NCBI GenBank assembly: GCA_002633005.1
Contig: NMRA01000413.1
Span: forward strand, 175,251 to 239,250
Length of the DNA stretch: 64,000 bases
Direction: 5' to 3'
Source of the DNA: Phoronis australis
Taxonomy: Eukaryota; Animalia; Phoronida
Shown here one piece after another: positions 38,371 to 51,400 of the stretch (within the stretch, counting starts at the first letter, position 1; each line of letters begins with the position of its first letter). The notes beneath the pieces were generated by a model that was not told where the DNA came from, searched no databases, and saw only the letters and a program-made list of their open reading frames with translations. Made by a program: the position numbers and the translations under genes.

Positions 38371-39791
38371 AGCGGATTTGCAGCGACGCCATATTGAAAT
38401 TAGGTTAATATGGTGCATTGTGGGTGCTGTGATCAGGATTCCGAAAGCGGCCATAGTAACAAGCATAATACGCGGTATGAGCGCGAAGAAAACTTACGGC
38501 GGATACACTTGTTGTGTTCCTGGCTCCTTCAAAAACAACAAGAGAGATAAAAATCTGAGTTTTTATGTGTTCCCTGCAAACCAAGAACTTCGTGAAAATG
38601 GATAAGCAACATTAGGAGAGCTGGGAGTAAGGGGAGATTTAGCCCCTCGGTTGGCCATATAGGGGCTACAATACTTCCATTCGCTTTCTGTATTCATTTC
38701 GTTACTTCAGTGTATTTTAAATTGGCCGAGACCGGATTTGGGATGCCGATTTCGAGTTTTCACCTCGCCAAAAATACAATCTACACTTAAAACGCTTACT
38801 TTCATCATTGGTCCTTTCTACTTCTATACATATCTTTGATGAAGCTTAGTTGTGAGAATTAAGTTAACTATGGCGAAGAATTACAACTCCACTTTTTTGG
38901 TTGCCGTTAATTTTATAACCGCGTGCGCGATAACCACAAAGCATGTCAACTGAATCACGTGAGTTAGGCAAAGGTTAGCACGAGACTGAGCGAAGCGCGT
39001 GATGCTAGCGCGTGACACTTGTACAATAGCCTGAGAAGGTATCGGGTGAAACTTTAGTGTAAGATGTGTGTCCCTTGGACTTTTTATTCGTCAATATGCG
39101 TAATTTCACGTAACTTCCTCAAAATGGCACCCGGAGAAACTCGAGCAAACCGCGACAGATTTTCATCGATTTGTTTTGCTGACAAAATTGTATCCAGAGT
39201 CGTGGTATGTGTTAATTATAACTCCGTGTTCCTATATGTATGGTTCATTTTATTTTATTTGCTATATTTTGAAATGAGTAACTTTTTGTGAGGATGTACT
39301 ATCGCCCTGAATGCCTGCGGCATCCAGTGCGATGTAATTGCCTAGGGGCCATCGTGTGTGCAGCGAACATTTTCCTGGTGGAAAAGACTTATGAGAACAA
39401 CATTCCGACGGAGTTTCCTCTTAAAATTAACGTCTCTAGCCTATCCACGGCGAAAGCTACAAAAGTTAAGCAACCCAAGAACTCTCAACTTGTCTGAAAC
39501 CGGAGGAGATTTCGAAATCAACGCCGATAGCCCCAATACTGAACATGACGACAGTCGTGCCCCCGGTCACACGGTCACTGATCATAGCTACGCTGTGTTT
39601 ACAAACGAGAGAGAGGACTTGCTTGGTATTATAAAGCAAAAAAAATGAAACATGGTTTTTAGTTTGCAAATCACTCCAAATGCACACTGCCTGCTCAAGA
39701 CATGCCTGACCACAAGCTATCCCATGAGCCTTCGTGAAGGAAGTAACTCGCACATGCGCAATGCGTAGTTCGTCTGCGCTGCAAATCCGCT
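38371..39791 (+). mobile_element. ISL2EU/Harbinger-related non-autonomous element with THAP remnant
   Basis: TIR AGCGGATTTGCAGCG...CGCTGCAAATCCGCT with AT on both flanks. THAP: TCCVPG...LSFYVFP...WI..IRR...GH | RVCSEHFPGG.KTYENNIPT.FP, split by a nested insert. Confidence 0.8.
38660..39344. mobile_element. Nested non-autonomous DNA element with TAG...CTA termini; second partial copy at ~52290-52710
   Basis: Interrupts the THAP codons. Flanks ttggccata / ggggccatc resemble a degenerate 9-bp TSD. The internal sequence recurs in a TRP intron. Confidence 0.6.
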
Positions 39792-40320
39792 ATTGTCCCT
39801 TTGTCCCTTTGTACATGTAAATACCGACACTGTCAAGTATTCACGAGGTTGAGATTCCACATTCACCAAAAACACAAAACATTCAGTATCAAGACAATCG
39901 ACTCAAACAACCAAAAATGTGAAAAAACAATAGGGTTGACCGCCACCAAAAAGGTGGAATTTTGAAGAACGTGAATACCACTATTTGTGAATCACACAAA
40001 ATGATGTTAATTTTGTCACAAAGTGTCACAAGAATAGTATTTATTTTGAAGATCGTTACAAGGAGCTGTTTGTAAGGAATATGTCGAATAGACTGTTGGG
40101 ACTACGATTGGTGATGACCGCATACATGTCGAACGGGGCAGGTACACAAAGTACTAGCAATCATAAACAAAGATTTCAACGTTTTTTTGGAAGTCAAGTT
40201 TAACTCGTGAACCGTTATAGGTACCTCTGGAATGAGGAAAAACACACCTGAATACGAATGCCTCATCTTCCATATTCCCCCGGTTTCCCGTCAAAAATCT
40301 GCGAGCATGCCTGCGAAAAT

Positions 40321-40566
40321 TGTTATCGAATGCCCATTCTACGATGACCTTAGGAAACGATATTTGCCTGCATGGAGCTACAACAATCCCAATGTTACAA
40401 AATTCAACAGACTTATGACTATGGAGGAAAAAGATCTTATATGGTCAACATGTAAATATGTTCATTTCGCATTCAAGCGAAGAAGAATTCGGTTTACTTC
40501 TAGTGTTTGACACTTACCTTTATTGTATTTGATGATTTGATTGTAACAAGGGCCGGAGGCCTAGTT

Positions 40567-40572
<6 letters not shown>
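40321..40572 (+). mobile_element. 5'-truncated LINE 3' end (CR1/L2 group)
   Basis: VIECPFYDDLRKRYL...KF..LM...KYVHFAFKRR*, short UTR with ggccggaggcct, then a (TA)n tail. Absent from the equivalent position in arm A. Confidence 0.7.

Positions 40573-40636
<64 letters not shown>
40572..40636. repeat. (TA)n microsatellite
   Basis: About 32 TA units. Confidence 0.97.
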
Positions 40637-40637
<1 letters not shown>

Positions 40638-41332
40638 CATTCCATTTTGATAAGCAAATTCGTTGGTTTATGATTAACTTTATGTATCTACGAAAGTCGA
40701 CAAATTTATAGATTACTTTTGACAATTAAAAGCTAATTTTGTAAGAACTGATGTTATTTCAGTGAATTTAGTTGTAGCCTGAAGTTGAAAAAACCGATCT
40801 TCAAATAGTAAAGTACACTTAGACAAAGCTTATCTTGTAATAATTCATGATGTTACAGTGAATTAAGTTGCAGCCTGAAGTTGGAAAACTCTATAACCCG
40901 ATCTCCAAATAGTAAAGTAAACGATTTTTGCCTATCTAAAATAACTCACAAAGACATCGATGAAATTCTGACACTTCCCAAAAATATACTCACAATTCAA
41001 ATTACAATAAATTCATTACGTTTTGAATTACATAAGTACAGGAGATCAAAAAGAAATTAAATCGTTAAATCAAGGTGAACGCATCGCTCATGGAATCGAT
41101 TGTGGTCTTCTCATTTACATGTTCGTGTATCTACAAAAAATTGACTGATTGATAGATGTTTTTTGACACTTAGAAGCTAATGTTGTAAGAAATGGCGATG
41201 CTTCACTGAACTTAGTTGCAATTTGACAATGGGAACTTTCAATCTATCATCAGATCCCCAAATAGCAAAGTACACGAAACGATTTTTGTCTATCTGAAAT
41301 AAGTCTCAAAGATACTGATGAATGTAGGACAG

Positions 41333-41482
41333 GGCCCAGTTGCATAAAAGTTATACGCCGTATAGCAACAATGACGTCGCATTATCACGCATCACGTTGT
41401 TATTGTTGAACAATGCACCTGACGTCATGCAACAATCAAACTTATCATGTGGATAACTTTTGAAGCTGTATGCAACTCAGCC
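41333..41482. mobile_element. Harbinger-like MITE; partial copy at ~51240-51515
   Basis: cag|GGCCCAGTTGCATA...TATGCAACTCAGCC|ctg (CWG target). Confidence 0.6.
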
Positions 41483-42024
41483 CTGGTCTACAAAGTGTAC
41501 CAAATTGTTCTCAAAATTCCAATGGCAATAAATTATAGTATTGCGCAATGAACTTTTGTTCTTTAAAATTGAACCATTGGCTAGCCATTCCTGTGCATAC
41601 TACAGACGGCGCGTCTTATGACTGACGCACCCACGTTTTAAATGAATTGTTACCATGTTGTAGGTCCGCGCAGAATCTGAGGTAACCACGAGAACTGAAG
41701 TTGAACTGTTGAGTGCGTGCATTTTGAGACACACTCTGTATCAGAAATTGGACTACAGACCGTGTTTCAAGAAGGGATTTTGAAACATCCACAAAGGCAC
41801 TAAACTAGGGACCTCGGTACTTCATCTTTTCGAAAGATTCCTTCAAAGAATGGCCAAAATAAAACGAAGTTTTCCCGAAACTGGATCATAATAAAACGAA
41901 TATTGACCGGAGAGCCAACACAGACGGATAGATACGAGCTAAGCTGCCTGTCTCATGGGTGGCGCACCATATGGGGCTGGGGGGCTACAGCCCTTCCACT
42001 TTTTTTCAGTACTGCGCCGCCCAT

Positions 42025-43821
42025 CACCCCGGCCAACCCGCGATCGAGAACGCACGGAAGGCGATCGAGAACGAGACCTTGCACCAAAAATGGCAGACGA
42101 CATTGACGTATCCGGTGAGTTTAAGTGTCATTTTCTGCTTAAATAGAGTCCACTTTGGTACGAATGCTACACACAGACAAGTATCAGAGTGTAACCTTTG
42201 TTGTGGATCTGCAATAATACTTGGCTTTTGCTTATTTTTTAAAATAAAGAGCTCAGAAAGCAATGGCTTTCGGTAAAATGCCTTGCGCCTCGTAAAATCG
42301 ACAATTTCTACTTGCTATTAACAATTCCAGGGTTCTTAAGAAGAGACGTGTGACGTTTATAGTTTAATTGTAACTGGTGACACCTTTGTCGGTTAGTATT
42401 ATAATAGAAATGCAATAATATTGTTGATTTCCTGTGTAAATCACTACAGTGTGCAGTTGAAGTGACGTTAATGACAACACGTTGACTACGCTTTGAGAAA
42501 AACACAATATAGTCTAAATCTTTTTCAACGGCACATTAAACTGGAGATCGTTAACAGAAGATGCACGGTGAACTTAGGACCAAGACTACAAAACAAAAGA
42601 GTCAAACGCAACGTACATTCAAGCCACACGGGTGCCACAAGTCAATCTGTTCATCTCTGTATCGGTGTTATCAGTAAAACATCAACTAAAATCCCACCCG
42701 TTTCATTAGCACACCAGTTTACATAACTTCTGGTCAATTTTTATATTCCAGACGTTTATGAGTGGGAATCTTTGAATCATCTCGTGAAGTATTGCCGCAC
42801 TCCCCTCTCTCCCCATGGGCAAGTTCATCATCATTCTTTGACTTCACTGGCTATTTGTTTTTTTTTCCTTTTTCTGTCACAATTTTTCAAGAAGATTCTA
42901 CACTCGCTTTCATCTGCTGCAACAATTTGTTTACCCCTGGCTGACACGCAACATGGAACAACTCCTGGGTGAGTCTTCAGTTTAGAAACCCTTGTTCTCA
43001 GTAGTTTCGTCTAAAAGTAGATGCCTGTGCTTTTTAAAACCCTGGTAGGGTGTACCTTCACGTCTTGGTTAACACGTTCGTTGAAGCTCGCTTCACAATA
43101 ACAGTGAACTTGTTTCCTGAAATGAAAAATAAAAATAAATTCGTTTGTGAAACTAAAATTATGCTTGATGTACATGTAGTGCTCATGGCAATTTAATGGA
43201 AATATGCTATGCTGTTGTTCAGTTTTAATACGAAAGTAACACAGTAATGACACAAAATGTGATTAATTCATTGCACCACACTTGTTTTGCAACCTTTTTC
43301 ACGTTTTATAAGTAAAAAGTTCGTCACTGTTCGACACACCACGATGCGTGCCGATCGCATAAACAAACACAATTTTGCGTTCTCGATCGCTTATCGTTGC
43401 GTTCTCGATCGCATCTTTCAACAGAAAAGCGTCGAAAAATCAGAGATCCTGACAAAACTACAAAAAAACAAGCGTTGCGTTATATTTTCATGCGTCATTT
43501 CTTCATAACTCCGTGGTCAATTCATTGATTTAGTGCCAAAAATAACGACAATTTACCAAAATGACATACAAACCACCTTGGGATTAAGCGATGCCTCTGT
43601 CAACATAACTGTTCTCCTACAATTGGAAGAGACACTAGCCTAAACCTCTACCTGCCCTTCCTCAATGTGTTACGTCTTGAACTCATGTCTCTGTTTTCAC
43701 ATTGGAAGTAAAAACAACAAAAACTCATCAAATTTACTCACCTTGCCTGGCTTCGCTTCTCGCGCCAAATTTCGTTCTCGATTGCCTTCCGGTCATTCTC
43801 GATCGCAAGTTGGCCGGGCTG
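42025..43821. mobile_element. Non-autonomous TIR element, CACTA/EnSpm-like
   Basis: ~49-bp imperfect TIR (ca.cccggccaac..gcgatcgagaa...cggaaggc.atcgagaacga), CAT on both flanks, subterminal GTTCTCGATCGC repeats at ~43380-43412. Confidence 0.7.
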
Positions 43822-44344
43822 CATAGTACTGTGAATCTATCCTGAGCTTTAGTTCATCGAATTTCGTATTTTCACACTGTTAGATCTCAGGTACAGTTAC
43901 TTGAGGCAGCTTCCAACTACCCGACAGTGCGCTGACCCTAGGACAACTCTTACTCTCTGGTGGTTCATGGGTTACTCAAATCCTGATGGCTCCATCCCCA
44001 GGATTGCTTCCCCACCTATGGCGGACATGGAGGGTTCGGTAGAAGTATGGCTTCATACGGAAAACGTTTTCAGCATTAGTTATGGACCAAATTGTAACTT
44101 TGAAAACGTGGCCCGGGTGAATTTTCCACGGTAGCCAATATTCAATATTACACCCGTAACGAGCTCGTAGGCAGGCTAGATGTTAAAGTTATGTCAAACC
44201 TTATTTAGTGGCCTCCAGTCTAACTCGTTTATGAAACAGGCTTGTCAACTAATAAAAGTATGTTTTTTCTGTTTTCTTTTCTCAACTGGATGTCTCAAAA
44301 TCTTCATGCTTTCATTCCTGCATAACGTTATCAACGGTCATAGG

Positions 44345-44621
44345 CATGCGCGCACCCAGCCTAAAATATAGGGGGTGCTCGAATTTTTCGGTATGCGGAC
44401 CTTTTACTGAAAAATTCACCGAGGCCTAAAAAAACGGGGCCACTAGGATCAGGCCTACAGTGTATATATTGTGCGCCCCCGCCGAATTCCTGTGGACTTT
44501 TTGGACTTTTTTCTCATTTGCTCGAACTTTTTGTTTCGTTGAGGCGGACCTTTTTGCCCCATGCACCAAATTCGGGGGGAAGCCGAGCCTCCCGAGCCCC
44601 CCCCCTCTGGGTGCGCCCACG
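44345..44621 (-). mobile_element. hAT-like MITE, same family as 22833-23078
   Basis: catgcgcgcacccag...ctgggtgcgcccacg. Confidence 0.7.
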
Positions 44622-45549
44622 GTACGTATGCAGACGTGCAACTCAGCATCAGAAATACGTTGTCTTCGTTTTCCGCGCCATGTGCACCTCGTTTACTCAA
44701 TCTTATAATACTCGGTAATTGAAAGGACTGTGAATTGTGGGAAGTGCTCAAGCCAAGCGGAAAATTAAATTTGAGTGACAGGCCTGTAACCTTTGAGCTT
44801 AGTCAGGAAGTAGACAATTTTCCACGCGGTTGAATGTGGTTCTGAAGTGGTTCTCCAAAATCTATTTTCTCGCTACATAGTATATATTTCGTATTTGAAG
44901 TTCCACGAGAACGAAGACAAGGTGTCTTACTACAAGTATGAAATGTTGTAAAAACGGACAAGTTTTGTTCGTAAGGTTTGAGATATCCTTAAGAATATTG
45001 CAGTCTGCAAGCTACAGTGCGTTTGGCTGACTTTGCTCACGGGTCACTCACTAGTAACATTCCTGTATAGATCATATACCGCCTCGCTATCCAAACCGGT
45101 CCGATAGTGTGGTAGGCTTTCGGGGCGATGGCGAGAGGCGGGACTGCTTGGCACATTCTCGGGACCCGTGTAAGTTAAGGACCGTCGGTCATGTAAAAAC
45201 GTCACCAAAAAGGCACAATAAAAATTAAAATTCATCAAGGCTTTGGTCCATTTGGTTTCAGTTGAACAAAGATTAAGAAGTAGAAGTCATGAGAAGAATC
45301 TGTCTATTTTCAGTCATGACTTTTACCAGCTATCGTGCCATGACAATTTGTTTTTACAGCCCAAAGTCAGCCCAGTCAAATTTTGAAATATTGAACACGC
45401 ACGTAATTTCAAAATTTTTCGTTAAAATGATTTTTTGTAAAATAAGATACAAAAAATTTGCGGTTGTTACGCTTACTGTTTTATGGAGATAACAATCACT
45501 CAGTATACGCATCAGGTCGCGTACAGTGGTGGAGCAGATGAGCTGAAAA

Positions 45550-46317
45550 CATAGGCGGATTTAGGGGGGGGGCCGGGCCCCCCCCCCCCTTGGCTGCCGC
45601 AAAAAAATAAAACAGTAAGAGCGTAGGGAAATGTTGAGTTTATTAATTAACCCCGGTAATTAAAATTATACGGAAGAAANNNNNNNNNNNNNNNNNNNNN
45701 NNNNNNNNNNNNNNNNNNNNNNNNNNNNNNNNNNNNNNNNNNNNNNNNNNNNNNNNNNNNNNNNNNNNNNNNNNNNNNNNNNNNNNNNNNNNNNNNNNNN
45801 NNNNNNNNNNNNNNNNNNNNNNNNNNNNNNNNNNNNNNNNNNNNNNNNNNNNNNNNNNNNNNNNNNNNNNNNNNNNNNNNNNNNNNNNNNNNNNNNNNNN
45901 NNNNNNNNNNNNNNNNNNNNNNNNNNNNNNNNNNNNNNNNNNNNNNNNNNNNNNNNNNNNNNNNNNNNNNNNNNNNNNNNNNNNNNNNNNNNNNNNNNNN
46001 NNNNNNNNNNNNNNNNNNNNNNNNNNNNNNNNNNNNNNNNNNNNNNNNNNNNNNNNNNNNNNNNNNNNNNNNNNNNNNNNNNNNNNNNNNNNNNNNNNNN
46101 NNNNNNNNNNNNNNNNNNNNNNNNNNNNNNNNNNNNNNNNNNNNNNNNNNNNNNNNNNNNNNNNNNNNNNNNNNNNNNNNNNNNNNNNNNNNNNNNNNNC
46201 CGACCTCCCCCCATTCGGTGCTATGCGCATCTACAAACGTGGTTCAGTTTGCGCAAATGTTTACAGCCGGACAAAAAGTTGGGCCCCCCCCCTTGTGATA
46301 TCCTAGATCCGCCACTG
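45550..46317 (-). mobile_element. hAT-like MITE(s) spanning an assembly gap; right part is the same family as the 32735 insert
   Basis: 46200-46317 is the reverse complement of 32735-32850 (cagtggc.gatctaggatatcacaagggggg). Confidence 0.65.
45680..46199. other. Assembly gap (also 33584-33645 and 35534-35539)
   Basis: N runs next to poly-G/C tracts of MITEs. Confidence 0.99.
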
Positions 46318-47884
46318 GAAAATATTACAATTCGGAAGAGTCTGCCATTTTTACCTAGAAACTATTGAAATAGAAACACTAACATCTGGTTTGATAGAGC
46401 ACTGCAGGCGGGGCATCGCGGTCGAGAGAGTTGTGGGGTGTGGGGGTCGAGGGGTTTTTAGAACAATCCGTTTCCAGATTAAATCTTTACCATACAACCG
46501 TGAGTTCCTTTACATTTCTTTGCTGTTGATCTCTCAATGTTAAATTCTTCTACTTCGTGTCAACACTGAGAAATAGTTATCTATTTAAGACCGACCGCAT
46601 GGGTAGCGGCCATGAGTCTTTATTCTTCTACCGCTGCTTGTTAGGTCTTTCTTAGTTCGAGCGATTATCTTGTAAATAAAATTACACTTTAATGCAAGTC
46701 ACAACTCGAAAGCGAACCGGGTGTGTCCGCCAATATTTCGGTGAATACCTATTATCACACGTCACCAATTTTGTTGTAAGTCACCGATCCGAGTCAAAGT
46801 TAGGCTTTGAAGTTAACTGAAATCTTGGCGGCGACCTAGCTCATCCGCTGTTCCATTGGTATAGGCTCCGTGGTGGTCGACGCGCACGGAATGAAAATTT
46901 TAAGGACCATATCCTTCTGACAGTATGAGAGAAAACACGCGAAGATTCGAAGCAAATTGGAGGAGGCCAACTCCAATTTTTGAAAGAAAAATGCTTCCTT
47001 ATGTCCCAAAAACTGCATGTTGTTATTTATAATTTAATTTGATGCATAATCACCTACCTCAATTATGTTTGACTGCTCAGTGGATTTTGCTGAGCTCACG
47101 AAATATATAAAAATACGGTTAAGCTGGTAAAGTATATTAAAATGCCCATATGCTGAGCGAGTAATTTCACACAGCCAGGGTTATGGCCGACTGAATACGA
47201 GTCACATGTCAGAGTAAGAAAGAAAGAGATCAAAACACTGAGACTACAGCGTACGCATACTGAAAATACAAGGTAACTGTAAATCAGGTAAAACGAGACT
47301 ACAGGCCTACGTGTACGTTGGGCATAAGCACAAAATAAAGAAAAACTTACACTTACACAAGCTCGATACGAAGCAGGCGACGGTATCATCGCCATCCCAT
47401 CTTGTACCTCCCATTTGCAAACATAAATAAGAATGCAGAGTCTTAGCAAACATCTTCTGATCTAATGAAATGATTTCTTGATATGAGAAAAACTAACATT
47501 GCAATACCGTTTCTTTAAGCTGATTATCAGGAAGACTCGCAAATGGTTCTCAAGGGGTCTCCATGCATTTTATGCATTTTCAAACATTCATGCCACTTTC
47601 CAAAGGTAATAACTGACCAAAAATAAGAGTGTCACCTCAAACAATTTAGCTGAGACAGTGTAACTGAATACTTGCATATATAAATCATCAAACTAAAGCA
47701 TAATCACTAATAACGTTACTCTCGCGGCGACAGGCAAATGAACTAACGACAACGGGGGATATAGTAAATATATAGATATTGTATATATAATTGTCCAAAT
47801 ACCGTGCAAAAAAGGCGAAACGCCGCTCATGGGATGTATGACATAACAGTCGGCTGTAAACAGTAATTGCGCACTACAGATATC

Positions 47885-47958
47885 GGGTCCTCAGTAGTAA
47901 GAGCACTAGATCGGAAAAATCTAGAGACCTGTGGTTCGATTCCCAGTTGGGGTTCCTG
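47885..47958 (+). mobile_element. tRNA-derived SINE head or tRNA-like pseudogene
   Basis: ctcagt.gtaagagc (A box/D arm), CTAGA..TCTAG stem, GGTTCGATTCC (B box); no proper acceptor stem. Confidence 0.45.
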
Positions 47959-48203
47959 ATTTTTCTGTGTTTATTTGATATACAACGGGGAATGGTTTTC
48001 TTGAAACAACACACTTGAGATCGAAGAGGCCACGCCAAGGTTTTGAAAATATATAATAAATACCTTCTCTAGATGTTTGTAGTTGGAAAAGCGACCATTT
48101 ACTAGAGTTTGATATCCAAAAGTATAGGGAACTAGATCGCAAAATACCGGCAGACACCCATTTTAAAGAGACTTTGTTAGAAGCTGGTCGCGAAAAGGTA
48201 GAT

Positions 48204-48484
48204 TTAAGCGGCATGAGTACTGTCTACCTCATCTACAGTACTACCCTCTCCATCATCAGCACCTCTGCACTTCAGCTCATCAATCAACGCGGAAGTACAC
48301 GTATCTGAGAAACGCCCATACTTGAAGTACTTGAGTAGAATCTCGCGGAGCCAGTCACGCTGCCTGGGTTCCACCACTCCTTCGTCTGCCAGGGATGGGG
48401 TTCTGCCAATGTTATCAGCTGCATCAGTCAAAGTCGGCGACGTGTCAGATTCGTCAACGACAGAGTCGGTGACTGCATGGCTGA
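48204..48484 (-). CDS. TRPC-like terminal coding exon
   Basis: ttcacag acceptor, phase-compatible, open acidic tail ending in TAA at 48204. Confidence 0.75.
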
Positions 48485-51400
48485 CTGTGAACAAAATGCA
48501 AGAAACGAGTGTAGCGATCAGACATCACAAAGGCGTACGTATTTTCAATGGGCACAGTTAAACGTTTGCTGATTGGTAATGTTAGCCTACATCACAATGG
48601 TGAACCGCTTGCTTAACAATGTGTTACAACTGTTGTAGTCTACCCCATCTCTGAAATAAGCAAATGACAAACAAAGATCAGTTTTGGAGGATGCTTCTCA
48701 AAGCCAAACTACCTGACAGGAGAGTGAGAAATTAATGAGTATTGGTCTAATTCCGCCCTTCCCCGTAAAAGTTTGTTCGGTTCCTCGCCAATTCCTCCCA
48801 CCAACAGTTATAAAGCTGCATTATTATATAATCTATAAATAGAATAACCCGATCATTGGAAAACATAGTTCGTGGTTTCCATAAGTGTTCATCACTGAAG
48901 TAAACCACCGAGCAATGTTCAAAATCACCAAAAGCGTGAAAATTGAAAAGGCCATTGACTCACATTGTCATACATTACATATATTAGAATGGCATGCACT
49001 TTTGTCATGACTAATGGGAATACCTACAAAGGATTTACCATACAAGTTGACACGTAGACAAAGCCGGAATCTGCGTACGAATACATTGGGTACAAGTATT
49101 GTAAAAACAAGAGGGGATATACTGTGTTTGGCAGAAAAAATACTGAAGGAGGAAAGTCAAGTCCTTGGCATGTGATACAGCTGTAATTCAAGAGCCACAT
49201 ATATTTCCAATGTTACCTTGGTTAATACTGTTCACAATAACCTGACCACCCAGAAATGACTTGGTATACTTTCGCTTCAACTTGGTCATTAACTTCACAT
49301 ATCCTTTGAACCATTCATCCTCTTCTCTGGACTCATGCGGTCTCTAAAATGAAAGATTTCATACCAATTGGTGAAGCACCCTGTAGAGCCATCACCAAAC
49401 ACTTTCCATTAGCATTCATTAACTTAATGTTTTTAAAATAATGAACTAATGTAAGAACCCTGACCTGTTGCACACAAAAATAATTGTCCTATTATCAGTT
49501 ACCTGTTATCCAAAGGCTGGCCAACGCAATGTATTTAACAGAAAATCCACATTTTGGTATATTTTGTGTTGAAGTGCTGGCAATGATTTGCCATAATGTG
49601 GCCAAAAATTAGTCAAGCAGACCAAGTTAACTCTTCGTTGAAATCCTATGAAATGTGATTTTTGACCTGTTTATAATTTGCCATTAATTGAGTCACATGA
49701 CCATGCACTTTTCAGTCAAATTTCGCAAAAAGGTACACTGATAGCTCAACAACAGTACCAAATTTTCTGTGTCAATGTTCAGCACGAAATCTACTAACGC
49801 TGTTTCAGTGTTTTGAAGATAAACACATAATGCATAGTCTCAGAAAGTTTCACTTGAGCCTGACCAGCCATTTCTTGGACATGGTGTTCGGAAGTTAGCC
49901 AAAGAATGACATTTTTCTAGGATTGGACAAAGTCCACTGTATCTAGTAGGTTGTAGATACTGAGAACGAGTTATCTTGCTCTACTGATCTGATTCACCAA
50001 TCAGTCTATTGCAACTACCTTTTCAAGGGGAAACAACTTTCAAAAATATATCCAACTGATATAAGTACTGATGTACATGTAGTTTTATTGTTTTAGAAAT
50101 GAAACAAGTCTCAATACATACATAACCGTTCCGGTTAAGACAAGTCTTGAGTAGCATGACGCCCTTGATGGGATGAGGGATGATATTAAAAGGCGGCGGA
50201 AGCGTCTGTTCGTCTCGAATATAGTCCAGCCATAGGCCTGTACGAGCATACTTCCATTCTGTGTCTTTCATTTCCTGTAAAAAAGACCAGGGTAGACGAG
50301 CAAAGCTGCACAAAATGGGAACACTCGTCAAATTGGGCTGTGGGAAGAACGGGTCATTCTTTTATCAATTGATTGCTGGGATATGCGCTCCAAGTGACCA
50401 CCACTCATGGATTCCACACTCAGTAGGGATATACATGTACATGTATTTTTCACTAGCACAACCTTTGGGTCGCCGAGCCTTGTCCAGTAACGCTAACTCA
50501 AGTATCGACAATATCAGTACGCGATAATGGTCGATAACCTGGGAATATAAATGATTGGTTCCCGTCTATTTGATGAACCAGATTAGTATTTCAATCGTAT
50601 AAAACATACATCCCCCTTCCGCGTCGTACGCCTATGTGTATGCGCCAGCTGAAGTCCAGTTGAAACGCATTTTGTATTGTAACCGATCAAGTTAAAGGCA
50701 ATTTTGGTGCAGACAGAGAGGATGTTTGGCAAGTTACCATATCCCTGCCCGGCCGGTGAAAACGCTCAAAACCTATGATCGTTGTTCACATCGGGCGATT
50801 AACCCGGGCATGCGTAGTGGAGTCCGTGCAATAAATTCATGGCGCCAAGACCGTAATGACACTTGCATCGCCACTCTGGCTACATGAAGGCGCTGCGAAA
50901 GAACATATGATAACTTGTGGATGCAGCCAACTGTCTCACGATGCATTCAAGAAACGCCATCGGCGCCACTGAAAATCTCCCGAATACATCATTTGACATC
51001 GTTTGTATATCCACCGGTGCCTCCAGATAGTTTATTGTTGTATCATTCGTGATTCTTTGTTTTGTGGAAAATTGTACAAGCTGTATATGCGTACGAATCA
51101 ACAGTAGTTAAAGCAGTGAAAATGCCGGTTACAACCCAGTTGGTTTGCAACACTCAGTTCACTCAGAGCGTAACCATGAATGATAACCAGTAACCTACAG
51201 GTTGAAATTTGACTAGGGTAAAGCTTCTTCACCTGGGCGTGGTTGACTAAAAGTTATATACGGGACGTCGCGTTATTGTTCGTCGTGTTGTTATTGCATG
51301 CGCGCACCCAGGGAAGGGAGGGGGGGTGCCATCGGGGGGCTCGAAGAACCCCCCCCCCCCCCATCTCCCAAGAAATACCAATATTCGGTGATGCACATTT

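Larger units (their letters stand above)
29070..43960. repeat. Large diverged inverted duplication (arm A ~29070-35583, arm B ~37306-43960)
   Basis: Colinear reverse-complement blocks: 29070-29150/43875-43958, 29200-29255/41841-41897, 29590-29620/41538-41570, 29770-29930/40860-41010, 31800-31935/40636-40765, 31940-32530/38330-38370+39792-40320, 34970-35015/38050-38096, 35167-35583/37306-37777. Confidence 0.85.

Noticed and set aside
29070-43960. Inverted arms as a haplotype mis-assembly
   Set aside because: The arms are far too diverged and carry different, themselves decayed, insertions.
45643-46230. Long ORFs in the track
   Set aside because: Artifacts of the N gap.
47885-47958. Functional tRNA gene
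   Set aside because: No acceptor stem and an oversized anticodon loop; kept only as SINE-like. The same applies to the tRNA-like piece at ~32995-33056.
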